DNA of 64,000 nucleotides, taken from positions 98,766,001 to 98,830,000 of the forward strand of contig JBITNC010000001.1 of NCBI GenBank assembly GCA_050084985.1. The letters are read 5' to 3'. The translations under genes were made by a program, and so were the position numbers. Positions within the stretch are counted from its first letter, which is position 1, and every line of letters starts with the position of its first letter. Below the pieces are notes generated by a model. It searched no databases. It saw nothing but the letters and a program-made list of their open reading frames with translations, and had not been told where the DNA came from. The stretch is from Nageia nagi. Its lineage: Eukaryota > Plantae > Pinophyta. Below are positions 11,390-24,299 of this stretch, in pieces.

Positions 11390-14000
11390 CTATGAAATGA
11401 TTTTCAACCTATGATTATGACATAATCCTTCTTTGTAAGTGTTGTAGGAGGTGCTGCAATTTTTCTATAATCCCTTACAAAAGTTTTTTAGTAACATATA
11501 AGTCTTAAAAATCTTCTAAGACTTTTAAGGGTTTTCGGAAGTAGCTATTTGTACATAATATTGATCTTCTTGGGCTCCACTTTAAATTCTTCCATTGTCA
11601 ATATATGACCTAAATACTCTACTTTCACCATTCCAATAGAGCATTTAGATTTCTTGATTAAAAAAATTGTCTTTTTTTGAGAATTTGTAACACTAATGTT
11701 GCAAATGATCTTCCCAAGTTCTACTATCATTCAACATGTCATAAAAAAGTACAAAAACAAAATTTCTTAGCAGGGGCATGAAAATTGACTTTATAAGACT
11801 AAGATGAGAATGGGGCGTTAGTGGATCCAAATGGCATCAACAAAACTCATAGTGCCCTTCATGAGTTCTAAAGGCTATCTTAGGAATATCTTCTTGAACC
11901 CTTATTTAATGATTGCTTTACGTCAAATCTAGCTCAACGAAAACTTTAGCACCATCTAAGTCATATAAAAAATCATTTATAATAGTAATAGGAAACTCAT
12001 CTTTAATAATAGCTTTATTGAGATCATGAAAATCTAGACACCCTCCACGAGTCATCTCTCTTCTTTGCCATCATCAATGGAGAGGAATATGGGTTGGTGC
12101 TTGGATGGATGATACCTTGCTCCAATATTTCTTACACCATCGTCCAAATCTCATTTTTTTGTGGTTGGAGATATCTATGTGGTTGAAGATTGGTTGGTTT
12201 ACTTCCAAGAACTAGGTTTATTGCATGATCATGAATTCTAATAGGTAGATGTCCATTGTGTTTTTAAAATACCTCGTCATATTCCTTTAAGATTTTTTGT
12301 ATGTTGGAGTAGTTACTTTGTTCTTGTTCCCTTGACCTACATAGAGAAAATCTATGCGAGCATTGCTTTGTGATGACCCCCTTGTACTTTTAGTGGGACC
12401 AGTCTGGTCATCTTGTACTATATCTATTTGATGTATTTGCATTTACATTATTGTAACTCATGATAGGAGTTTAATGGTTCATGTGGACCCACTGTGAGCC
12501 CCAAGTGGGATGTCTCCCTTTTGAGTAGTAGATTAGGCATGTGTTGCATTGGAGATCCCAAATTATGGGAATCCCAAGGTATGTTTATGCATTAGTGAGT
12601 TGGACGGCTACCAGCATGCTAGCGCCACACTAGGGAGGGCCCCATAGCCCCACATTGGCTCATGAGGACTCCAGGGCCCCCATGTTTGCACTTTAAGTGC
12701 TAGGGACCCCACGTTGGCTCATTAAGTGATCATGAACCCTCATGAACCCCACGTTGGCATTATGAGTGATCATGACCCCCATGTTGGCACTTTAAGTGAT
12801 TGGGCCCCCCAAATACCCAACGTTGGATTAGATGGGCATGGGATGACTCCTAGGTGAAATCCGAGCATAAACAATTTATAAATAGACATTGGAGCTTTAG
12901 TATTGGACAACTATTATTGATCATTACACTCACTACATACCTTCGAGCACAAGTTGTAGCGGCGCTAAGCATTCCATTCCTAGGCGGAGCGTCTAAAGGG
13001 TACTTAGGCAGTGGGATTTTGATTGTCTATGACATAGGTGGAGCACCTTGCCCATCTGGTGGCATTCCGAGGGTTTACTTCTATCTTCAATGGTTATTTA
13101 GGCTTCGAGGAGGACTCCTTCAATGGAGGGGATTTGGGATCTGAGGGAGTGAATCTATCCTATGGTTTGGCAGCTGTTCAGTGTTGAGGATTTCAGAGTA
13201 TTGTGCCCTAGTTGGCTCCCTTGAGGCCAACGACTACCCATTGAGCTTGGTATTGTATTGTGTTCATTGTTTATCATTCATATACAACCATAGGGCTTCA
13301 GATCTCATTCATGTGTTGTATTCCATACTTGTGCATGCATTGATGTTTCATGGTACATGTATGTGCCAGTCATTAGCATTTTGATGTATTGATCATTGTT
13401 GTATGCTTGCAAATGCTAGACATTGGTATTTGGGTGTTTTAACCATTGGATCTTGCATGTTATACTTGGACGTTGGCATTTTGGTTATCTGAATGTTTAG
13501 TTTTGATAACCTAACCCTAACGTTGCATGTTTGAGGATTTGAATGTGCATACTTGATGCCCTAGACCTGACATCAGGGTTTGATGATCCTGTATAGGTAG
13601 TTTGAGGCTGAGTTTTAATTTTGGATTATCACATCCTCTTCCTCCTATTTTGGGTATCTTTTCCATTTGATGTGAACTTAGAACTTTTGAAGAAATGTGA
13701 TTGTTACCCTCGTAGCATGATTTATCTCTCATTTTCTGTCTAATGTACATAGAGCTTCTGGAAATTCATGGTAACATCACTTGATTGAATCATCCATTGA
13801 GCTGATCATCATTGAGATTCTCAAAATTCATGGTAGCATCTAATGAATGTAGCATGATTTATATTTCAACTTCTAGAGCTTGTCTTGGCCTTATCTAGAT
13901 GGTTGTTGGAGATATATGATCAAAATGAGATGTGTCCCAATGGAGTTTTCAGTATCAACTTTACTATTTTACAAATTTCCCTAGTCCTTCCATAGGTGCC
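11390..14000 (-). mobile_element. Decayed chromovirus-like Ty3/gypsy pol (RT), interrupted by a solo LTR
   Basis: Minus-strand motifs HDHAINL, GIIHPSTNPYSSP, LNKAIIKDEFPI, AFRTHEGHY, MPFGSTNAP and VEYLGHI, with many stops and frameshifts. Boundaries are approximate. Confidence 0.8.
12369..13633 (+). mobile_element. Solo LTR (~1.26 kb)
   Basis: TGTGATGA...TTATCACA termini, an internal ~36-bp CCCCACGTTGGC tandem array (12640-12830) and TTTATAAATAG. Homologous to 47196-48616. TSD is degraded (TGCTT/TCCTC). Confidence 0.8.
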
Positions 14001-15915
14001 AAATACAACCCTTACAAAAGCATAAAATAGCTAAAAACAAAATTTGACAAAAATTACAGAGTGACTGTGGTACTAATATTGCAGATCCATAGAAATCTCA
14101 TTTGTTGCAGCCGCAGATTGTAGAGATTTTGCTTGTTATTGTTTCTTGTTCTTCTTCTATTCAATAAAAATTTTAATTTACATGTAGTCAAGATTCTTTC
14201 GTTGATATCCTTGTAAAGAAACAATTTGGCATATAAATAAATATAGCATATTATTAAATGTAGCAGCTTACAATTTGCACTAATAAAATAGTAGAAGATT
14301 ACCGATATACTCCAAATAGCTATAACGAATGCAGAAATGAATAACTCAAACAAGAAATCAGCAATGCTAGTCATTTTGAGAGGGTAGTTTCCACTAATCA
14401 TTTCGAGTGGGCAAAGTCCCCAAATGTTAGCCATTATAGGACAAGTAAGAAAATATAATATTCGATGATGATCACTGCATTGACTTTATGACTTGTTTGT
14501 AGACATATAGATCATTAACACTAATTTCTTTGCTCGGGGGCTGACCTAAGTAATATCTATCTTATCCTAAGGATCCAAGCCAATAAATACAAGATAGCTA
14601 ACATGGATTTATCAAGGCTTTTATATCATCCACTTGAAGTGGCAAAGGTTATTTGGAGGCCGCTTGCTTAAATTGGTGAAAGCAATCTTCTTTGGACTTT
14701 TGTTATGCGATATTTATGAGCTGCCCATTGCAAGCTATTCTTTAATTGTCATTGAATGGTAATATTGCTTTTGGATTATTATTGAGATTTCTGTTACTTT
14801 GTTGTAATTAGGATATTTTTGTTATTATTATTGGCTGATTTATAACAAGTTTGTACATGATCAATCGGTGCCTAATTTGTTTGTTCCGAACCAGAGTCTC
14901 AAACATCAAAACCATAAAGGATTATAGGATAAATAATATTAATTGAAGAAAACCAACCAAATCGCATCTCTGAAAATTTGAACTGCATCATCATTTTTTT
15001 TTTTTCAGCTATAGCAGAGGGTTTTCTATAGTTCAAATCCCCTCCCATGGCTGCTCTTCTGTGTTAAGAAAAGGACTGCTACAACTATTCTATGGGCTTG
15101 GAATACTTGCATGCAATGATATTTCTAGAAATGCCATGGGATATAAGGAATGTGATGTCTTGGTAACTTAATCCTTGCCTGTCCTTTCCTAGAAACCAAT
15201 ATTGTAATCTTAATTGGGGAGGGGTTAAATCAACTTGGCCTCTCACTCCTTGTAGATTGGTCTTTTATTAGTGGACAAAGAGTGGGATTTTTCTGTGTTA
15301 TTATAAAGCTGCCATGCATGTGAATGTGTTGGGGAGTTGCTTGAAAATAAATGGAGATGAAATTCTGTTTTCTCTATAGTAGGCCTAGGATGGGAATCTT
15401 TTTTGAGGTGGCACGAGTTGCAACAATCCGAGTAACATTTTACCCAGTTTGATCTTTTCTAATTAGTTTGACTTGAAACAGCAACTTCATTATCATTTGT
15501 GGGCCGAATATATTGGGGCTTGTGATATAATTGAATATAAAAATACATCCCTATTCCTTGCCGATGAATGGAAGCATTTTAATCATTGTAAATACTAGTT
15601 AAAGCTATAAAGTACAGCCCATTTCTACTTATTGTTCATAAATATAAGCATTGTAAACAGAGCAAATTATAAATGAAGTTACAAAAAGATTTTTTATGAC
15701 ATTTTTTTCAATTTTCACCTGATGATAAATTCGGGAAAACTGAAGATTTACCTTAATGTGACGAAGTTTGCCAATGTAGATTCTATTGCCAAACAGGAGT
15801 GGAACATTGACTTAAAATATACTGCTTTATCAAAGGTTAAAAATGTAATGAACAGTCAATGGATTGGTAATTGTGATTACCATAGTTAAAGTACTAGCCC
15901 TTGTATTGTTAGAAG

Positions 15916-17478
15916 CATTGTTAGAAAACTTGGACTTGGGAACTACTTCCTAAGGCAAAATTTGGAGGGGACTTGGCACTGAAAATCGACAAAAAAACCT
16001 CGAACAATTCGTGAAAAAAACATACAAAATACGAAATTAGAGAGCACCAAAGTCAATTTAACAATGTTAAAATAAAAATAACTAATTAAAAAGTTAATGA
16101 TGCTTAATGTGCGATTATAAAATTATTTTTAATAATATTGTCCCATAATAATCAAAATAAAAAAATACATCAAGTATACTTTTCAAATATTTTTAATTAA
16201 TTTTTAAATAATAAAATAATTGATTAGTTAAATAATTAATGATTAAATAAATAATTAGTTGAGTGATGAATTAAATAATTTAAAAAATCGATGATTAATT
16301 AAATTAAATCAATAAATTAAATAAGAGTTAATCAAATTTTTAATTTATATAAAACTGGTTCCCAATGTTTGATTGGATAACCAAGTTGCATTTAGGAAGA
16401 ACATCTTCAAACTATGCAAAATAAACAGTGGCAGGATGTTGTTGAAACTGTTTCAAATTTGTAATTAACAGGTTGGGTACCTGTATAAAGAACCCATTTG
16501 ATTGATCCTTACCAAAAAAAAATCAAACTTTGAATTAAAAAATTAAATAATATTTGATGATCAAGTAAAAAAATTAATTAAATGAATAATTAAAAAAAAG
16601 GATAATAAATAGATGGTGATTTTAAGCAAATAATCAAAAGAGATAGTAACACATTGAAGGGGAGTTGGAGAGTATGGGTAAGTTAAAAATCTGATTAGAG
16701 AGGCTCAGGTTCAAATCTCTGCCCCTTAGGTTGGAAACATATAGAATCCACGAAGTTAGTGTGGTATGGTCATGCCAAGTGCAAGTTCTGGATAAATTTT
16801 GACTGAAAATATATCCTTGACCATTGCCCCTCAGGCTAAAGGCTACTGTCCCTGTTTCCTAGAAACAAGATGGTTCCATAAAAAATAATTAGAAGAGAAT
16901 AAATCAAATCAAATACTTAAATGAAATTAAAATGCAAACACTTAAAAGTTTTTTATCACAAAATAAATAGCCTAACTTAAGACAATATTCATAGTCGAAT
17001 TGGCAAAAGAGAAGCATAATAGTAATGCACCTGCAAATACACCTTCTTACAAACCCCACAAGTTATGGCTGCATTCATATTGTTTGTTGGGCGTCTCTCA
17101 CACTTTCTTCCCACAAGAAGAATATCTACCACTTGTACACTGCTCACTCCCACCACCATCGTTGCACTCTATAAACAAGTCCATCTCAACAAGGCTATGC
17201 ATGTGTTGCATCTCATGACATTGTAGACTATGCATGTATCTGTCTGATACAATGCTACATTCAGAAGAAGGCATTACACTAGGGCAAACGTTTCTATGCT
17301 CTCTTATTGTACTTTCTTTCTAGAAATCCAACTCTGTTTTGGAGGTTCCCAAGTGATTGTCGAGTAATTGCGGGTTTTCCTATCAACTACTCTATTGAAA
17401 CCTGCCAATAATTGCCTGTGCCATGTAACACTCATTGTTACTTGGCAACCTCAGTTACTCGCAAATTTTTGAACACTG
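15916..17478. mobile_element. Non-autonomous hAT-type element
   Basis: Imperfect TIRs CATTGTTAGAAAA / TTTTTGAACACTG; 8-bp TSD GTTAGAAG / ATTAGAAG. Confidence 0.7.
16644..16882 (+). mobile_element. Older SINE-like insertion
   Basis: B-box-like GGTTCAAATC and an A-rich tail; flanking direct repeats AAATAATCAAAAGAGA / AAATAATTAGAAGAGA (14/16). Confidence 0.5.
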
Positions 17479-18883
17479 ATTAGAAGTGCTTGAGTTGAAA
17501 TATATTGTCCAAGATTCAATTGACTACAATCATTCCACACATTGAGCTATTGTGCAATGAAAATTGAATAAAAAATAACCATAGTGAACTCCAATTGAGC
17601 ACCCCATTATGCTTGCAAAGAAAGATCAACATAAGAATAGAAATGCCTCGTTAATAGGGTAGGAACACTTTTATAATCAAAGAGATGAAGAATATTACAT
17701 TATGACGGATTGCTAATGAAGTGGGAGTAAGGTGTTAGGGGCTTTTTCTTTCCTACTCTGCTGATAGGCGAATTGACTTGCAAGGCTTATGAAATACACC
17801 AACACCTAGGTGGTAGGGCGTGACCCCTACCTGTTATGAGGAGTGGTTACCTCAAAGGTCTTGTGAATAGGATGTTTGAAGCTGTTTCCAACTCAAATGA
17901 AATTTGTTAATCAAGGTCTCGGAGTATTCCTATCCCTAGAAAATGGTTGTTTCTCAAACAAAAATAAAAATTGTGTTGTGAAAGCTGTGAAAAAAAGTGA
18001 AAAAACAAAGAAAAAGGGTGTAGACTAGACAATGGTATGTGGTTGAGCACAAGTGCATATGGTCTCATCGATAAGTGCAAACAGTGGGATCTACTTCCTT
18101 AGAGCTTGATGCAAGTTCAACGCACTCCGTATTCTTCTCACTAACCTGCAACATGAAGGGACTAGTGCAAGGAGCGTGAAGCAATAGGCAAGGGTGGCTA
18201 TAAGGTAGATCATGGTTAAGTCTTCAGTAATGGAGTGAAGTTCTTGCGCTAAGTGACATAAAAGAAGTCATCCCAAACAACACAAGTCTAGTATGCAAAT
18301 CATGAACTTATTGCACATATCACACTCAATGATTACTTCAATTGGTATTCAACAAATTCTCTCATCCACCTCAACACAAGGTTTATGAAATGCACCAAGT
18401 AAACTTGAGCAAAACAATATAGCAATATTACTCATTCATCCAAGGTATTGGATAAAGCATTCAACACATATTCATAATTCCAACAATGAGAACATTCACC
18501 ATTCATTTACTAGAAATTATACCACATTCACAAATGGAGCCACTTGTTTAGTAGAAAAATAGGAATTAAGTTTCTCATAAGTGCAAAATGTCTAATTCCC
18601 TGCAAATGATCCCAAATGGGCTATAAATAGTTTTTCATGGCAACCCCAAATGTTACCCTAACTCTAATGCAAATTAAAGAGAAAAACATAAGTGGTCCAA
18701 TAATTATGTGCCACATGGCATTACAAGATTCCTTGCAAACTTGTGGGAGCAATTCCTCATCCATCACAAGTTTGGGAATAAAATAATAATATAAAAGTAT
18801 TTTGCAAAACTAATATAATTTGCTTGAAAATAACATAAAAATGAAAATAACAACTATGAAGATGGTGGCCCTAAGGCCACAAC

Positions 18884-20500
18884 TCAATCGTCAAAGTCCT
18901 TATCCAAGAACTTTGCAGTAAGCTCTAATCCATGCAACATCTTGGAAGTCTTGGCTTTGTTCTCAGCTACACAACACTCGACTTCGACAATCAACCTCTG
19001 CATCTTGATCTTCCACTTGTGAGCTCCTAATATGTGCCTGAGGTGGCTTCCGATTTGATATGTGTTGACATCTTCCTTCATGAGCAAGCTTTGGAGAAGA
19101 TGTCTAACTTCTACCACTACCAGGTCCGCCTCCTTGATGGTGGTATCCTCTTCTGAAAACTTGACCTTGAAGTACATTTGTTCAAGGCTTGTATTTGCCT
19201 TGTCATTCATTGTAGAAACCTCTTTTCTCACTTCTTGGAAGCGAGTTGCTATTTGATGTATAACGCCCAAGTAGAACCAATAATTGTCACAAAAGCTAAC
19301 ATCTTCCGGTCTCTGATTTTGGTCATCTGAAATCTTTTTATGATGGGCCTCCGAGACTCCAAAATCTTAAGGAAGTGACTCTATTGTCCACTATATCCTT
19401 CAATTTTTGCTCCTTTGCTAAGACGTTCTGTAAGGCACCTATGAATTGTACCACCACTGCCAAAACATCATCTATCACCTCTTGCTTCACAACAATCATG
19501 CCCTCCTTCAAGGTTTATTCTTTTGAGTTCCTTAGGGGGTACCCTTGTGGACTCAATCTCTCTAGTTAATCTCCTTTGGGCGGCCAACTCCTTGAGGCTC
19601 TTAATCTCCTTTTCTTTTAGCAACCCGTCCTTGGCGATCGCCTTAGTGTTGGATATGATTGCGTGCTTCCTACCAGCCATGCCGATGGAACCTGTGTTGA
19701 TGATTTGATTTATTTGCTTAAGGTCCCTAGGCCGTTGTGGGTTGCCCTTGTCAATAATTATGGTTTTGATGTGAACTGCATTATCAGTCAAATGCACATA
19801 AGTCTGACTCTTACCTGGACGAGTGGGACTCTCCAATTTGGTCATTGACGTCACTAATTCCAAATTCCTCCCGACGTCCATGTTGAAAACATTGAGACAC
19901 TTATCCATATCAACGCCCCACTCATCATTGGGTGATGGCTTGTGGGTCTCAACAACTAGTTCTTGTGATATTCCTCTTGGACCTTTTCAAAGGCTTGGCC
20001 TCTTCTTCCACGTTCTCCTCAGATGCTTTTGATGACCGAGACTGAGATGTCCTCTTCAACTGGGTTCTTCTTGGAATTGATTTGAAGGTGGTGGGTTTCC
20101 CCTTCCTTCCTTCGAGAGGTAGAAGAAGAAACGGGCATTTTGACTACCTTGAAAATTCTCAAGGATTCTTCTTCTTGAGCTTTTGGAATATCATCATGTT
20201 GAGCTGTGCTCACTTCTTGTTCATTCTCTTGTGCACCCTCTTAGCCTTCTCCTTGACTATCATCTGGTTCGTACAAGGGACTAAAGGACGAAGACCCAAA
20301 TGGCGGGACAATTGGAGATGGGCGTGAAGCCAATCCTCTAGGTGGTCTTTGCAGAGGTGATGGGTCTTTCTGTTTATTCCTGACACACCTCACCATCTTG
20401 TCAGTGACCATGTTCTCTACCTCTCTTATGTCATGTTCATCTATGGTGTCTTGACTTGCTGCACTACCTTCTCAATTGGATTCTTGCCATGCATTGAAGC
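18884..20500 (-). pseudogene. C-terminal part of the LTR-encoded accessory ORF
   Basis: Fragments 20019-20213, 19468-19908 and 18884-19270. MYFKVKFSEEDTTIKE...EDVNTYQIG aligns with YEFQVPLFEENGSIKE...EDPHSLKIG (2316-2657). Confidence 0.7.
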
Positions 20501-20902
20501 ATATTGGCCAATAGGTTCTTCAATTGTCAAGGGGAACTGGGTAACACTGGATGTAGATTCTTGTGGTCTGTTCCCTCTCGACTGTGACCTCTTATCAATA
20601 CGGTTTGTTGTTGCTTCTGAGCATCCTCGTGCATCTTGGCGTGGATCTTCCTCATCTCTACCTCACTACTTACGTTTCTAAATGGCTCTTCTCTAAGTTG
20701 CTTATGTTCATAAGCCCTCTTCCTTTCTAGGGCATGCGCTCAACTTGGGGATGCATTTTCTCTCGGATCCTTCTAGCTCACCTACTCGTTCATCTTGACC
20801 TTTATGCTCATGCTGAGACCTGAACTTGTGCAATTTTTCCCTTTCTGGTGTCCAAACTTGTCGAATTTGATCATCATGCTCAACTTGGACACCTGCCAGG
20901 CC

Positions 20903-21652
20903 AGGCACATGCCTCAAAAAGTCAAGATTTTGTCCTTTCGAAACGTGTGCCCATCTTTCCAGCCCTTCTAGTTTGGGCGCATGTCTCGAAAAGACAAGCT
21001 TGTCTTTCTGAGGTATGCGCTCGGTTGCAGCTACCCAACTTGATTGCTTTTCAGCCTTTTGCAATAAGGTTGTAGCCAATTTTTTCCCTTTTTGCCAACC
21101 CGATGTCTCCCTTGGTTAGGCGCATGCCTAAGGAAGTCAAGATTCTGTCTTTTTAAATCATGCACCTATCCCTCCGGTCGTGATTGAGTTGGATACTGTC
21201 TTCGAGGGTCCATGCGTTAGCGAAATTTTTCTGTGTGATCGAACTAGATGCCTCTTTGCTATGAGTGAATGCCCTCAAAATACAAGGTTTTGTCTTTTTA
21301 GGCATATGTTTGCCTTCTGGGTACTTGGACTTCACTTTCTTGACTTCAAACTCGATCTGTGCAGCCTTCTAGCTTGAGCGCATGCTTCCAAAAGACAAGA
21401 CATTGTCTTTTTGAGGCATGCGCCTAACTTGAAATGCCTCTAGCTTGGCTTCTTCATCCTTCTTTCCAATCTAGATTGCCCCCAGACCTGAGCGCAAGCC
21501 CGAGAAAGACAAGATTTTGTCTTTTGGAGGCATGCAATGGGCCTAAGAGTTGCCCAATTTTCCTTTCTCAAACTTGATTTTGGTTTGGACAACACCTAAA
21601 CGCAAGCGCATGTCTTAGAAAGACAAAAACTTGTCTTTTTGAGGTATGTGCT
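20903..21652. repeat. Array of ~50-bp palindromic repeats with dissimilar spacers (3' LTR)
   Basis: Seven units of GCGCATGC.(4).AAAAGACAA.(4).TTGTCTTTT.(4).GCATGCGC type near 20903, 20976, 21118, 21263, 21376, 21490 and 21604; the last four have a 113-114 bp period. Confidence 0.9.
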
Positions 21653-22584
21653 AGGCCTAAGAGTGGCCCAGTTTCACTTGACGTAGCTTCGACTTGGCTA
21701 GGGGTCCCTTGATTTGCCTAAGGTCAACTTTTGATTCTCCAAACTTAGTCATTTTTTGGGATTTCAGATTTTTGCTCAACATGGCTAAGACTAAGTGAAT
21801 GATAATACTTATGCTTGGGATAAAAGGCATGATAACCAACTCGTATGAAGCTTTTCAAGTTGGATGCGACAAAAACATAACACTATGTGGACAAAAGTTA
21901 CTGAGGGTCCCCAAAATTGCACGATTTTGGGGCATGTTCTGCTAGTCTCAACAATAGCTAAAACAAAACAACAACAAAAAATGATGGAGACAAGCCAAAA
22001 CAAAACAACAACAAAAAGGATGGAACGAGCAAACTTGATGATGCATGACAATAGATGTATGACAATAGACGGTGAAATAACTTGACACCCTAGGACAAAA
22101 CCTAAACAGTTGGATACATAAATACTTGCCTCATCCATAGGGAATGAGCCTGTGCCAGCGTTGCCACTCACAGCTGCATCATCGGTTTCATTAAAGTGAG
22201 TGAACTCTCATTGGCATTCGAGTAGCCATCGGGACACCTATATTCAGTCTAGATCCGGGGACATTGTGTGCATCTGGAGTGTCTGTTCCAATTGTAGTCT
22301 CTGGAGAAAAGGGCAACCCGCCCCTGAGCTCTATTACTCGATAGATGTGTTTGTTACGTGTTACATGAAATAATCTTAGTTAGAATCACCTGGAGTGTTT
22401 GTTCCAACTGCAATCTTTGGGTAAAAGGATGATCCGTCCTTGAGCTCGGTTGCTCTTTTGAAGATTCCCGATCATAGATGTTGAAGATCATTTTTTGTTT
22501 TTGTTTTTTCTATATATATATTTTTTATGATTTTTTTGTTTTGAGAAAACTATTTACACTATAATACATAGCTATGGGCAAAGC

Positions 22585-24200
22585 TCATGGTTGAAAGTAG
22601 TGCTTAAGATGCTTGCCCTTGACTGGCAAGGGCAACTCCTCACCTGTGAGGTGTCTCAGCTTGAAAATGGTCAAGCTCACCATTGTAGCTATTTGAAAAG
22701 GGCCCAACCATAATCTATCAAACTTGGCATGCTTCCCCTTGTCTTTGTGGGCATAGTTGTAAAAATTGAATTGGAATTGGATAAAATCGGAATTGGCCAA
22801 GCAAACGATCCGATTCGAAGGATCTGATTTTTTTCAAATAAGTGTTTATCTGATTTTTTCTGATTCCGATTCGGATTTTTTAGACAAAAAAATTGCGATT
22901 TTTTCGAAAAATATCAGCATTGAATCGGCCGACGATTTTTTTGTTGATTTTATTTGGTTTTTTGGCCAATTTTATCCGATTTTTTGAGATTTAGCTAAAA
23001 CCAATCAAATTCCTTCATTTTTTCTCATGTCAATTTTTGGCCGATTTTATCCGATTTTTTTGCCGATTTTGTCCAATTTTTCAAAAAATCAGATTCCTGC
23101 AACCAAACGATTCTGATCCAATTCCGATTTTTCTAACTATGTTCGTGGGCTTTGTCCCATAAGAAAACGAGATCCTTGAATCGAAAACTCTTCGCTTGTG
23201 TGTTCCGATCAAACCATCGCTTTGTTTCCAATTGCTTCTTGGTGAGATTTTGGAACGCTTGATCTCTTCTTTCTTCCAACTGAGCTAGTTGAACCATTCT
23301 TGCTTCTAATGTGTCATCAACCTTTGTAATCCTTCACAAAGTGTAATGTTCCGATTTTGAATTGTGCAAGAAAGACTGCCCCATAAACCAATTGAAAGGG
23401 TCTCATCCCGAGTGTGTTCTTAGTTCTTATGTGATCTGCCCATAAGGCGTATTTCAGTTTACTATGCCAATCTCTAGGGTTCCTATCCAATAGTTTCTTC
23501 AAGACAGTTAGCAGATTGTGGTTTGTAGACTCAGCCAAACCATTTCCTTGAGGGTAATAGTTGGCTGAGAATGTTATGGAAATATTATGAGCTTTGGCCA
23601 CTTTGATAACTTGGCTAAACTGAACTCTCGACCATTGTCACAAATTTTAGAGAATGGGGTGCCAAAATGGGTTAAAATGTATTCATCTAAGAATTTAATG
23701 ACCACTTCAGATGTGGCTTTCTTTGTTGCTATGGCCTTAGTTCATCTTGTTCAATAGTCTGTTGCAGTTAGGATGAACTGATGCCTTATCTAGGAAGAGG
23801 GATTGATTACCCCCACAAAATCTAGTCCCCACTTAGCAAACGTCTTCGACTCTAGGACTGGTGGGAGGGGCATACTCAAGAACTTCTCTCACCCTGCTGC
23901 AGTCTAACAGTCGTGACAAGTCTTGGCATAATGTGAGCATCTCGGAATAGATAAGGCCAATAATAACTAGCACAAAGTATCTGATGTGCTAAGGTGTTGC
24001 CTGGTGCATGGTTGGTTCCACCTTCCTTGTTGTGGAACTCTTCAAGGATCTTTTGGGTTTCCTCCTTCTTTGAACATTGCAAGTATATACCATGGAAATT
24101 TCTTTTATAGAGGACCTCATCCTTTATCATAAATTTGACTGCTTTATATCTTAAAGCTCTCTTCTGAGCTAAGACAAAATTCAGGGTATATACCCTGAAG
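22585..24200 (-). pseudogene. Integrase of the Tat element (interrupted by a MITE)
   Basis: YYWPYLFRDAH, YYPQGNGLAESTN, PFQLVYG and KFDRLWLGPF motifs. Confidence 0.9.
22752..23141. mobile_element. hAT-type MITE (390 bp) inserted in the integrase
   Basis: TIRs CATAGTTGTAAAAAT / ATTTTTCTAACTATG; 8-bp TSD TTTGTGGG / TTCGTGGG; many internal CCGATT repeats. Confidence 0.9.
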
Positions 24201-24299
24201 TGATATAATGTTCAACCTGCGGTATAGCATGATTGTGAAGGAGTAGCAATCTAACAAATTCGCAAAGACGAGTTAGTCTTGCCATTCAAAGATCCTGAT

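Larger units (their letters stand above)
17733..21953 (-). mobile_element. 3' LTR (4.2 kb) of the Tat element
   Basis: Starts TGTTGAGACTAGCAGAACATGCCCCAAAAT. Its first ~700 bp match the 5' LTR remnant (32309-32177 plus 31382-30820) at roughly 85-90% by eye. Confidence 0.85.

Noticed and set aside
14054-14434. 126-aa minus-strand ORF
   Set aside because: Low-complexity AT-rich translation with no recognisable motif.
20903-21652. True CRISPR array
   Set aside because: Eukaryotic LTR context, no cas genes, degenerate repeats, and the array is duplicated as part of both LTRs. Reported as a repeat-spacer-like array instead.
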